Source of the DNA: Octopus sinensis
Lineage: Eukaryota
DNA length: 64,000 bases
NCBI RefSeq assembly: GCF_006345805.1
Contig: NC_043015.1
Span: forward strand, 53,568,001-53,632,000
Direction: 5' to 3'
Of this stretch, positions 11,795 through 24,103 are shown one piece after another. Every line of letters starts with the position of its first letter. Position 1 is the stretch's first letter. Under the pieces are notes generated by a model. The model worked only from the letters and a program-made list of their open reading frames with translations, searched no databases and was not told where the DNA came from. A program made the position numbers and the translations under genes.

Positions 11795-12223
11795 GCAACA
11801 ATCGTAATAATTATTGTTTGCGACGAGACTATCAAGTGCGTGGAATGTGACAACGTTTTGAAGTTGGTGATGATGATGATGATGATGACCATGATGATAA
11901 TGATGATGATAATGACAAGAACATCAACAACACCAGGGCCCCCACCCTTACCACCATCATCATCATCAGTAGCAGCACCACCACCAACAGCAAAAGCGAG
12001 TAGAATGATATGATTATGATGATGATGATGATAATAATAATGATAATAATGATATTAATGGTAATAACTTCATCACCGCCACCACCACTACCACAACCAT
12101 CAGCAACATCACCACCACCAGCAACACCACCAGTACCACCACTACCTCCATCACAATCACCACTACTGCCAACAACGTCAATAACAACAACGAAAATAAT
12201 AATAGCAATAATGATGATGATGT

Positions 12224-12285
<62 letters not shown>

Positions 12286-12320
12286 GTAATGATGATAATG
12301 ATGATAATGATTTTCAAATG
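11100..12320. repeat. Trinucleotide mosaic (ACT/AAT/GAT/ACC) with an internal 147-bp tandem duplication
   Basis: AACAATAGTAAAAATAGTAGTAATAATATTAAAAAT at 11374 and 11521. Confidence 0.92.
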
Positions 12321-12891
12321 ATATGTTTTGATCAAATCGGATAGGAGTGGTAACAATTTGTTTTCTCATTTAGGAAAATTGGAGAACACAGCCCAAGTAG
12401 TTCTTTACCGTCACCATTGTTATTTCTGTCGTCATCGAACGCCAGAATTGCCAATCAATACTGGATCAATGAAGGATGATGGATAACAAAAAGAAAACCA
12501 AAATTTATAGAAGCAACATTATTTGTTATTTATTTGTGCGTTCGAATCCTGGAGAGTATCAACTCTGTCTTTCCTTCTGTCAGGGTTTGATAAAAAGATT
12601 ATTTACGAACAGACCAGCAGTAGAGAACGTACTTACATTTTTGTTTTGCCCACAGTGAGGCGGTCAAAAGGGTTAATTTCATTGAGTTTTTTTTTCTTTA
12701 TTGTATTTTCTCCTGTGCACAAAATAAATATTTTTAGTAAATGACGAATCACCACAGCAAAAATATGCCAATTAGAATATTGACTAATTCGCCAAATCTT
12801 TAGGCTGGGCCTAAAATTCAGGCACCGGGGTCGATGTAATCGACTCCCCCTCCCCACAAACTGCTGCCCTTGTGACAAAATTTGAAGCCAC

Positions 12892-12952
<61 letters not shown>

Positions 12953-12954
<2 letters not shown>

Positions 12955-13172
12955 GGCGGCGAGCTAGCAGAAACGTTAGCACACCGCGCAAAATGCTTTA
13001 GCGGCATTTCGTCCGTCTCTACGTTCTGAGTTCAAATTCCGCCCAAGTCGTCTTTGCCTTTCATCCTTTCGGGGTCGATAAATTAAGTACCATTGTCACA
13101 CTGGGGTCAATGTAATAGACTAGTCCCCGCTCCCGCCAAATCTCAGGCCGTGTACTTTTACTAGAACAGATT
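12953..13172 (+). mobile_element. SINE family S1, near full-length
   Basis: AAGGCGGCGAGCTAGCAGAAACGTTAGCAC..GAGTTCAAATTCCGC..TTTCATCCTTTCGGGGTCGATAAATTAAGTACC; preceded by (TTA)n. Confidence 0.92.
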
Positions 13173-13461
13173 ATCATTATCCATTTCGTTCGTCATATAC
13201 AAGTACATGTGCATTCATCGTTACGGAGAGACATTACGGAGAGTATTGAACTTATTTTGTGTGAATTTCGGCCCACACTGAATAATGACATTGCCTAATA
13301 GTTTTCCCTCCTATTTCTATCTTCTATATCCGTTTCTCTTTCTTTTTATATAGGAGGAAACAAAAGGAATTAAATAGAAAAGAAAATTAATGTATTACGG
13401 AGATGTACTTGCATAGCAAGTGATCTGATCTGAGATCGTATGCTGGAACGAAAACTATTGC

Positions 13462-13731
13462 AGCGTGGAAGATGTTTATAAGCCATTTAAGAAACACACA
13501 AAAACCGTTAGATTCACTTCAACATTTAAATTTAATTTGCTGCCAAAATATTTTCGTCGCTTTGAGACCGCGACCTGTTCACTGACAAAATGCAGCACGG
13601 AATTTTGTCAGTGAACAGGTCGCGGTCTCAAAGCGACGAAAATATTTTGGCAGCAAATTAAATTTAAATGTTGAAGTGAATCTAACGGTTTTTGTGTGTT
13701 TCTTAAATGGCTTATAAACACCTTCCGCGCT
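13462..13731. repeat. Perfect palindrome (119-bp arms, 10-nt spacer)
   Basis: 13473-13591 is the exact reverse complement of 13602-13720; pairing extends to 13462/13731 with two mismatches. Confidence 0.97.
13606..13652 (+). ncRNA. Type-I hammerhead motif with G3:C8 core (mirror copy at 13541-13587, minus strand)
   Basis: UGUCA-GUGAACA-G-GUCGC(GGUCUCAAA)GCGAC-GAAA-AUAU-UU^UGGCA; stems I and II pair fully and stem III is the palindrome AAUAUU. Confidence 0.6.
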
Positions 13732-14581
13732 TAAATTAATGTAATCACACTGGAATAGATCGTATGTAATACGCTCGGTTTTATCGGTATTCCGAGAACA
13801 CTGCACACTTCCAAGAATACCGCTCGCCTCCGAGAACACTGCGCAGTGCTCTGTTAAATACGTCTATCCTCGATTATCACGTGTGTTAGGCTCCAAATAA
13901 GAAAAGAAAACTCTACAATATGTTCAGTGAATCACTGATAAATGAATAACAGAATATAGAGGGAAAATATATTTCGTTCCCCAGGCCCCTAGTTGACCCG
14001 TAACTTACCCAAATAACATCAAACAGTTTCTAAATACATCTACTGATTCTGTTTTGGAAATGGATCTCGAAGTATATATAAAACCATTAGTAATAGCATG
14101 TAAATATTGGGTTGAAAATACTATTTAGAATGTTTTTTAGCATATTTAGAATAAAAATTAATAACATATGATATAATTAAAAGATATAACTAAAAAATAT
14201 CATAACGATTAGGAGTCTACATCGTATTTGCTTTATTTCCGCATAAATCCTCATAATAAATACATAAACGCGCAGCACATTGATATGAAGACGAGTGATA
14301 ATCAATGCACTGCGAGTAACTGAGCGTTGAGGATGGTTCCTGGAGCCGTGCTTCTTTTGCGGCCCAAGAAGAAACTTTAAGCTATCGCCGACGCGTGTGA
14401 TCCCAGAGCAATTCATAACAAGTCTAACATGGTACACAATTGAGTGTACTATGTTATGCTAGGTCAATGATGAATCAGTCACTGATAAACGAAGGCCAAT
14501 GTACTTTCTTCTCCGCTACATTACTCTATATTTTTAACTAGGAACGAACAACGGTATTTTAGCATTTTCTTTTCTGAAATA

Positions 14582-15828
14582 TATCAGGTCATTAAGAATG
14601 ACATGTCATATTTTCGTATGCATCAAGTTTAACAGTCGTTAACTCTAATATTTCATCCTGGCAATTCTTTTTTTCACAACATTGAAGAGTTACGTCATCA
14701 CTTTTCGAAATGTAATTAATGATGTCTGGTTATATTGCGAATTTTCTCTTGTAAATCAATTTTTGTGAACCTATGAATAGATTACAAATTTGTGTTTATG
14801 AATATGAGTTTCGCCGTGGAACCAATGCATCTCAGGCAGATCGAAACATGAATGAGACGTTTGGTGAAGATGTTGCGAATGAGCGCACTGTATGTTAATG
14901 GTTTGAGAAGTTTCGGTCTGGTATCTTTACTCTTGAAAATCAGGCCTGTGTTAGACCTGATACCAACTCTAGTGGAAGCGTTTACATCTCGAGTTAGCAG
15001 CAAGGTTTGATCTTTCGATTCTAGCTGTGATGGACCATCTGAAACTGATCGGCAAGGTAAAGAATTGAACAAGTGGGTACCACACGAACTGAACGGGCAT
15101 CAAATGACATGCCGCCTTGAAGCTTGCTATTTTTTGCTGTCACGGTATAAAAACGAACCATTTATGCATCGTATTGTTACGTGTGATGAAATGTGGATTT
15201 TGTTTTCAATAATAGCAAGCGTTCTGCACGGTGCTTGGATAGAGACGAAGTGCCAAAACATAATCTAAAAATGAGTATTCACCAAAAAAGCTAATGGTAT
15301 CTATTTGATGGTCCAGCGCTGGTGTCATCCACTACAGCTTCATGGGACCCGGGAAGTCAATTACAGCGGATGTATAAATCAACCAATTGGATGAAATGAT
15401 GAATGAACTTGCAATTAAACAACCGAGATTGGTCAATAGAGACAGGCCTATTTGTTTGCAAGACAATGTTCGACCACATGTTTCTCAAAGAATGCTACTC
15501 AAGTTACAGGAACTGAACTTGGAAGTACTCTGTCATCCACCATATTCACCAGACATTGCACCAACTAACTATCACGTTTTCTGGGAATTTGACAACATTT
15601 TGCAAGGAAAATACTTCAAATCTGAAGAAGATGCGAATCAGACTTTGTGATTTCATCACCTTTTGCTCTCCAAAATTCTCTGCCGGCATAAATAAGCTAT
15701 CGATAAAATGGCAAAATTGTGTCGATAATTTAGGTGCATACTTAGATTAACTGCATTGCTTTTCGCTGAGATAAAGTAAAATATACTTTCAGTTCAAAAT
15801 CGGACATTGCATAGTTAATGTCCTCATT
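14582..15828 (+). mobile_element. Decayed mariner (DD34D-type) DNA transposon with degenerate TIRs
   Basis: YEFRRGTNAS..WFEKFRSG, WVPHEL, IVTCDE, LQDNVRPH and HPPYSPDIAPTNYH motifs with stops and frameshifts; TIRs at 14582-14614 and 15796-15828 match at 24 of 33 positions. Confidence 0.93.
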
Positions 15829-16255
15829 TAATTAAAATGGTTTCAAGAATGTTTGGTGATTCACCGATGAAACCTCCACGTCATAGGACAGCGACTGATT
15901 GCAGGTAAACTTTAAAGCGTTTTTTCATGATTTACCGATTTCTCTGGAGTTAATATCGGCGCCCGTGATATTGTGTCTATTTCAAGATTGACTGAGGAAG
16001 GGAGGTAGTTGTTCTCAAATCGGAGACCCTATCCAAATACTTGCAAAAGGGACGATGATGCCCATGGTGTCAGGTGACGATGTAAATTCGAGAGGCAGAT
16101 TCAGTCTTCCAATTAAGAACTCAGAAGCGTCGAGATGTGAATGTGGCATCCTCCACAAATATCACCACTGTCACTGGCACCACCACCACCACTATCACCA
16201 CCATCACACCAGCACTACCACTAATATCACAACCACAACCATCACCATCATCAGG

Positions 16256-16472
16256 CAAGGCGGCGAGCTGGCAGAAACGTTAGCACTCCGGGCGAAATGC
16301 GTAGCCGTATTTCGTCTGCCGTTACGTTCTGAATTCAAATTCCGCCGAGGTCGACTTTGCCTTTCATCCTTTCGGGGTCGATAAATTAAGTACCAGTTAC
16401 GCCCTGGGGTCGATGTAATCAACATAATCCGTTTGTCCCCTCTGTGTTTAGCCCCTTGTGGGCAGTAGTGAA
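16256..16472 (+). mobile_element. SINE family S1 (alternative 3' tail)
   Basis: S1 head and body, ending TTTGTCCCCTCTGTGTTTAGCCCCTTGTGGGCAGTA. Confidence 0.92.
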
Positions 16473-16789
16473 ATACATCATCAGAATCACCACCACTGCC
16501 AATACTAAAACCACCACCACCATCATCATCACCACTGTCGCTGCCACTGTCGCATCAACAGCAACGACAGCAACAATCTTATCACTATCACCAAGTCAAT
16601 CGCTATAAAACAGCAGCAGCAATAATTCCAAACAGCAGCAGCAACAGCAGCAACAGCAGCAGCAGCAGCAACGATTACCACGACGACGACGACGACAACA
16701 ACAACACAGAAAAATCTAATAGAAATTGCAAGCACCATAAGACGATCCTCCTCCCCTTCTACTGCCTCCCCCATCTTCCTCGTCGTCAT

Positions 16790-16884
16790 CATGGTGGTGG
16801 TGCTGGCGGTAGTGGTGATGATGTCAATAATGATGATGTTGATGGTGGGGATGATGGTGGGGATGATGTTGATGATGATGATGT

Positions 16885-16933
<49 letters not shown>

Positions 16934-18330
16934 ATGATGATGATGATGATGATGATGATCATGATGGGAATCATGATGGTGGTGATGATGATGATGATGA
17001 TTATGTTCATGATGTTCATGATGATGATGATAATAGTGGTGTTGGAAGTGGTGGTGATCATCATCATCATAATCATCACAGTGATAACGATGGCGATAGT
17101 GAGGGGATGGGGTGACATTGTCTTAGTGGTGTTGCTAATGATGGTAGTGGTGGTAGTGATGGTGGTAGTGGTAGAAGTCAAATCGATAGCGTTGAAGAAA
17201 ATATAAGACGACGGCGGTGAGAATGGTGGCGGTGGTGGTGATGGTAGTGGTGGAGTTGATGGTGGTGGCTGGAGGCCCTCTTCATCTTCGTAGTCGTGGT
17301 GGCGGCGTTGGTGGTTTATGGTAGCGCTGCTGCCGATGGTGGTGGTGGTGGTGGTGGCTGTGGTGGCTGTTCTGATAGTGATGGTGACTCTTGTGATGTG
17401 ACCATGGTAGTGGTGGTGGTGTGGTGGTGGTGGTCGCCGTCGTCGTCTTCGTGGTGGTGGTCACTATGGTTATTAGTGTGGTAACGGTGGTCAGCGCAGA
17501 TGTCACAATCAGATCTTAATGGAAGATCTCATCCATTTTCATTAAGCATTACGACACACGCAATGAGTCCGAAATCTATTGTCTGGATCAGGAGAAAGCT
17601 AAAGCAGATACTCATCAGCGTAAACGCTTGCCAACACCACCACCACCAAAACCACTACTACCTCCATGTCCACCATTCTCACCGCCGTCGTCCTATATCT
17701 TCTTCAACGCTATCGCTCTGACTTCTGCCACTACCACCATCACTACCATTATCATCATTATGATGATCAACATCATCATTGTCATCATTAATATAATCAT
17801 CATCATCATCATCACCATCATCACCATCATCACCATCATCACCAACATAAGCACCATTATCGTCATCATGATCGTCATGATCATCATCATTATCATTAAC
17901 ATCATCATCATCATCACCATCATCACCATTATCACTACCATTATTATCATCATGATCAATATCATCATCACCACCACCACCATCATCACCATCATCATTA
18001 TCCCCACCACCACCATCATCATCATCATAATCGTCGTCATCGTCGTCAGCATGAAATTATTCTCATTCTCTGCATCATCTCTTCCCTCTACTTCCACCTG
18101 ATCAACATGACTGTCACCATCACTGTCATCGTCGTTGTCGTCTTCGTTGCTGTTCTGGTCGTCATCATTGTAATTGCCGATGTTGTCGTCGTCGTCCTCT
18201 TCCTCCTCCTCATCATCAACATTATTATCATCATGTCGTAGTCGTCATCTTCCTCCACCTCTTCCTCCTTTTCGTTCTCCCCACCTCTTCCTCCACCACC
18301 ACCACTACCTTCTCATCCTCCACCTGCTCC
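16790..18330. repeat. Trinucleotide mosaic containing a long inverted duplication
   Basis: A (GAT/GGT) block and an (ATC/ACC) block share a unique core of about 66 bp in inverted orientation (about 17165-17230 vs 17670-17735). Confidence 0.85.
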
Positions 18331-18777
18331 TCCTCATCGTCCCTAACATCAACCTCTCTTTTTCCTTATCCAACCTTTTTAGCCTCCACAACTCCCCTCA
18401 TAATCCCTGAACACGGGACCAGAAAACTCCTATGAGATTGATTATTTTTTATGTCCTGGAATCGTCCAAGATTGAACAATAACGTAACGTAACCCTAAAG
18501 GGAAATAAAATGGGAACAGCACATATCGATATTACATATTTTATTGACCCCAGATGCCCAAGTGATAAAATCAACATCGATTGTTTCCCAATCAGGACAT
18601 AAAAAGCCTTCTAACAAATATCGCGAAACTAATTAATCTGGCATTCTACCGTTTTTGCCAAACTACAACAGTCTGACGAGATCTAATTTCTATTAATGGC
18701 CCCATCAATTATGATTATTAATATCAATACATCTGTCAAACCCCTTTATTGTCACTAGGACTAACAGTGGTGCAACT

Positions 18778-19090
18778 GACACTCCGTCGTTTGCGACAAT
18801 AAGGGCTCCAGTTGATCCGATCAACGGAACAGCCTGCGCATGAAATTAATGTGCAAGTGGATGAGACCTCCACAGATAGGCGTACCCTTAACGTAGTTTT
18901 AAGGGAGATTCAGTATGACACAGAGTGTGATATGGTCGACTCCTTTCTATTGCGGGTCCAACTCAGTTCTGTCGGCTGAGTGGACCGGAGCATCGTGAAA
19001 TAAAGTGTCTCGCTCAAGGACATAACACGACACCGCATGTCTTACTCACGACCTCACGATTACAAGCCGGTTACCCCTAACTACAATGGT
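18778..19090 (-). mobile_element. tRNA/CORE-like SINE family S3
   Basis: Shares CCTTGAGC..GACACTTTATTTCACG and TTAATTTCA(T/C)G..CAGGCTGTTCCGTTGATCGGATCAACTGGA with 48169, 61519 and 63583. Confidence 0.8.
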
Positions 19091-19189
19091 GCCACTACGA
19101 GTGGACGAAATTTCATTTCCATTGTTGAGGCACCTCGACGTGGTCTTTCGACCTGTCTTTATCCTTAAATGACAGATAACTCTTTTAGA

Positions 19190-19365
19190 AAATGTGAAGT
19201 TTTATTATCATAAATTATCATATATTATCCTAAATTCTTTAAGATGACTGTTTAGAGTCTGAGTTTAGAAAACTAGGCAGGATGGGCATGACTGGAATGT
19301 ATTTCAAAATAAGCCTGCTCAATGTGGTTTTATTGAGGACTGAAACGCAACAGCAATAACAACAA
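19190..19365 (+). mobile_element. 3' part of a repeat family with (AAC)n tail (S5)
   Basis: AACTAGGCAGGATGGGCATGACTGGAA..AAC tail, homologous to 37985-38075. Confidence 0.55.
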
Positions 19366-19429
19366 CTGCAACTCGATATTCACGAGTCAATACCGCAGGA
19401 AGTAGCAACGGAGCATTCATAATTGTTGG

Positions 19430-20090
19430 TTTCAAATCGTGGAACAAAGACAGCAAATTCGAGCAAGGAGATAAGTCGATTACCCGCCCCCAGTGTTCAA
19501 CTGGTACTTATTTTATTGACCCTGAAACAATAAAAGGCAATGTTGATCTGAGTGGAAATTGAACACAGGATGTAAAAACGGACGAAGTGCCGCTAAGCAT
19601 TTTGTCCGGGATGATAATGTTTCTGGTAGGTCACCACCATATGTTTCATATTTATTAGTTTAAGATTTTGGTACAAAGCTACCAATTTCGGAGGAAAGGT
19701 AAATTAATTATATCGACCCTAGTCTTCAACTGGTACCTACTTCGTCAACTCAGAAATGGGGAGAAGCAAAGTCGATCGCGATAGAAAGGCATAAAAACAG
19801 ACGAAGTGCCGCTAAGCATTTTCTCCGGAGTTATAATGTTTCTGCCTGCTCGCCATTTTAGTATTGATAATTATTCTTTTCTATTCTAGGCACGAAGCCC
19901 GAAATTTTGGGGGAGAGGGCCAGTCGATTAAATTAATCTCAGTGCGTAACTGGTACTTAATTTATCAACCCCGAAAGGATGAAAGGTAAAGTGAACCTCG
20001 GCGGAATTTTGAACTCAGAACGTAAAGAAAGACAAAATAGCAATAAGCATTTCGCCCGGCGTGCTAACATTTCTGCCTGCTCGCCGTTTT
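19430..20090 (-). mobile_element. Three consecutive same-orientation S1 SINE copies
   Basis: S1 body motifs at about 19430-19640, 19670-19860 and 19880-20090. Confidence 0.85.
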
Positions 20091-20671
20091 GTATTCATAA
20101 TTATTGAGAAATCTTCGGCAGCAGATGTATATTACGAAAATAGCAACTCTCCCCAACAACAACAATAGCATAACAAAACAACAATAGTAACATCAATTAC
20201 AGCAATAAACAAGAATATGCAATATTATTAACAATCCCAATTGCTAAACATACACCATGGCTGCTGTTTCACTCCTACCAACGTGAAACCATGTGAGTAT
20301 CGCGGATATATTTATATGTATGAAGAGCCACCTGTGACTGAGTGAGGTTACACGAGGTGACTGTTGCTGACCACGAAACCGTCATAGATTTTGATGGGTA
20401 ATAAATCAGGAAAAATGGCGATAAGAACTTGCAGTTTCTAGGGAATAAACAATCCAGTGTGTACCTAACCTTATGACATCCATCTATGCATAGGTGTATA
20501 TGTGACTCTGTGTGTGTGTGTGTGTGTGTACGTGTGTGTAGGTGAGGATGCAGTTATCTATTGGCGTGCGTTAGTTTGTTTTTGTATATAGATAAATGTG
20601 TGTGCGTGTTAATATTATTCTTATGTATGTATATGTATGTATGTAAGTGTATGTATATATGTACGTATGTT

Positions 20672-20723
<52 letters not shown>

Positions 20724-20954
20724 TGCATGTCTGTGTGTATGCATGTATATATATATGGGTTTTTTAAATTTTATGTGTGAAAGTATTTTGGAAAACAATA
20801 TGAAGGAGAAATGTTCTCTTCTCATGCACCTCATCGCGAATTGATACTCTCTCGTGCGCGCGTGTGTGTTTGTGTGTGTGCATACTCGCGTGTTTGAGTC
20901 ATTTATGTATCTGCAAATAAATAATCATAGGTTTATAAATACATATAATATAAG

Positions 20955-20986
<32 letters not shown>

Positions 20987-21226
20987 ATATAATATTATAT
21001 ATATATATTATAATATAATATATATATATATAAAATTACATTATATATAAGGGCTTAGTAAACTAAATTACTTTGCCACATACTGAACTCATTAGAAATA
21101 GCAGCTAAAGAAATTTCTTCAGCTATTCTAATACTTAAAGAAGATCTCTCTCAGATAGTGTTTGCCTAAACTAACTCACAAAAGTATGGGGGAAAAAACA
21201 TTAAAAAATCAAGTGCAAAGGTTATT

Positions 21227-21278
21227 TGAGAACGTACGTTTCTAGATTAGTCAATTCGACATTTCTTTCTTCAGCTCA
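21227..21278 (-). ncRNA. Type-I hammerhead motif with weakened stem II, in a (TA)n-flanked unit of about 21010-21500
   Basis: UGAG-CUGAAGA-AAGAAAUGUCGAAUUGACUAAUCUA-GAAAC-GUAC-GUU^CUCA. Confidence 0.6.
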
Positions 21279-21719
21279 GAATTCCTTGAATCGGATTTGG
21301 GAACACTGAAAGTCGGGAGCATACCCTTTCGGCTTCTAATCACCTCTAGAATTCTGCTCGAACTAAAAGTGCTATCAAATTCGAATATGCAAGCGAAGAA
21401 TTTCTGCTCTCCCCTTTCCACCAGCGTGGGTTAAAATTGACAAACACCATGTATTAACGCAGAATTTAGCAGAGAGAGATGAATTATAATTAATTAATTT
21501 TACTCTCAATTGTTGAAATTATAAATATATATATATATATATGCATATATGTATATATACCTATACATATAGGCTCCTGCGTGGCTGTGTGGTAAGAAGC
21601 TTGCTTCGCAACCCTAACACGCTCAAGGACACAACATGGCCGACGGATATTGAAATCACCAATTTAGGATCTTTAGTTCAATACCCGAACCATTAATCTA
21701 CACGCCTTCACTACAATGT

Positions 21720-22195
21720 TCTTTTCTACTCTAGGCACAAGGTCCGAAATTTTGGTGGGAGGAAGTCAGTCGATTAGACCGACCCCAGTACGTAACTGGT
21801 ACTTATTTATCGACTCCACAACTGGTATTATTTATGGAAAGAATGAAAAGTAAAGTCGGCCTGGACGGAATTTGAACACAGAATGTAAAGACAGACGAAG
21901 TACCGCTAAGCATTTCGACTAGCGTGCTAACGTTTCTGCCAACTCGCCGCCTTAATAATAATAATAATGATAATAATAATTGTAATTATTATTATTATTA
22001 TTATCATCATCATTATTTCTACTCCAGAGACAAGGCCTTGAAAATTTTGTGGGATCTGGTAATTATTTCATCAACCCCAAAAGGATGAAAGCCAAAGTGG
22101 ACCTCGGCGGAAGTTGAACTCAGAACTTAGCTGCAAACGAAATACTGCTAAGCATTTCACCCGACGTGCAGTCGGTTCTGCCAGCTGGCCGCATT
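21720..22195 (-). mobile_element. Two S1 SINE copies separated by (AAT)n
   Basis: Copies at about 21720-21955 and 22015-22195. Confidence 0.88.
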
Positions 22196-22909
22196 ATAAC
22201 ACTAATAATAATGAAAATACAAAAACATATAACTACCGATGATGATGATGAGCGATCCCGGTAATGATGGTGAAGATATCAAGAACAATATAACTAAGTG
22301 AAATCGAGAAAACCTCTCCAATATCCAGAAGATGCTTTAGTTAAATGCTACAGGAGAAACAACAGTTAGAAACACGTCAAAAGCTGTATATTTATTCATG
22401 AAAAAACATCAAGTGATATATTGGTTTCAATGTCTGTTGTTTGAAAACATGGCGTGGAATATACATACATAAATATAAAGTATATACGATATCTATGCAC
22501 ATATATATATATACATACATATATATGAGTGCGTGTGAGCGTATGTATGTATAATATGTGTGTGTGTGTGCATGTGTGTCGTGTAATACTAACGCGCACA
22601 CTCCTAGACATGTATGAGTATAGCGTTTAATGGCGTCGGTGCAGCAGTGCTTATTAGCTTGGGATAAGAAGCTTGTTGTTTCCAGAGACCGCTTCAATGA
22701 CAACATTTGACATTAGAACATTAGAATGCTCTTCGGTAAATTGTGCATAAAATATGTGTGTACATATATATATATATAATATATATATATAATATATATA
22801 TAAATTCCATATATATATAATATATATATATATATATAATGTATATGGGAGGGTATATGTGTATGCGCGTGCGTGTGTGTGTTAGATAGATAGATAGACA
22901 AAAAATAGA

Positions 22910-22945
<36 letters not shown>

Positions 22946-22965
22946 TAGATTGATAGATAGATAGC

Positions 22966-23028
<63 letters not shown>

Positions 23029-23394
23029 ATAGAAAGATTGAAAGATAGAAAGAGAGACAGAGGCTCATGCACACATACATACATACATGTATACATACAT
23101 ACATATATACTGGGATCGATCTAATCGACTAGCCCCCTCCCCTCCAGAAATGTCAGGTCTTGTGCCAAGACTAGAAAAGAATAGCAAAGGATACATTAAG
23201 TACCAGTCAAATACTGGAGTCTCTGTAATCCCCGCCCTCCACAAAATCCAGGCCTTGTGCCAAAAGTCGAAAGGACTATTTCTCTTATATTTACATTCTT
23301 CTTCCATTCGTTCTTATAAATTTCCTCATCGTTTTGCACATCCGCCATTTGAGTTATTTTATTGGCTTTATTGTTTTATCATATATTTCTTTAT

Positions 23395-23590
23395 TACCCA
23401 CAAGGGGCTAAACACAGAGGGGACAAACAAGGACAGATATAGGTATTAAGTCGATTACATTGAACCCAGTATGTAACTGGTACTTAATTTATCGACATCG
23501 AAAGGATGAAAGGCAAAGTCGACCTCGCCTTTCATCTTTTTGGGGTCGATAAATTAAGTACCAGTTACACACTGGGTTCGATGTAATCGA
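23395..23590. mobile_element. S1 SINE fold-back (head-to-head partial copies)
   Basis: 64-bp arms 23451-23514 and 23527-23590, 12-nt spacer. Confidence 0.9.
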
Positions 23591-23639
23591 TTTCATCACC
23601 ATCATCATCCTCTCCCTTTCTAATCACCCCTGCTGCTCC

Positions 23640-23905
23640 TAGTGAAGAGCCTAGTGGTCACTGTGCCGAACTCCCGATCACGGGTTCGTGGTTACAATTC
23701 AAAGACCAGGTGGTGCATTGTGTTAAAACGTGATCTCACGCTGCTCTGTAATCACTTTGACACCTGACGCGTGGTACGCCGTGACCCCTGTTTCAGGCAA
23801 CGGTGTTTTGTGGAAAGAGTGAACTAATGTACGGCACATTTGATCACTATAAAACAAATCATGTGTGAATGTCATTTGGCAAAAGCTGAAAGCTCTTCGG
23901 CGGGA
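23640..23905 (+). mobile_element. tRNA-derived SINE family S4
   Basis: A-box-like GCCTAGTGG; body TGACACCTGACGCGTGGTAC..ACTAATGTACGGCACA..TGATCACT shared with 32470-32720 (-). Confidence 0.65.
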
Positions 23906-23908
23906 GAG

Positions 23909-24012
<104 letters not shown>

Positions 24013-24023
24013 CATCATCATCA

Positions 24024-24103
<80 letters not shown>

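Noticed and set aside
20330-20392. Hammerhead-like CTGAGTGA..GAAACCGTCATAG
   Set aside because: The core has an extra base and the stem I/III registers are incompatible.
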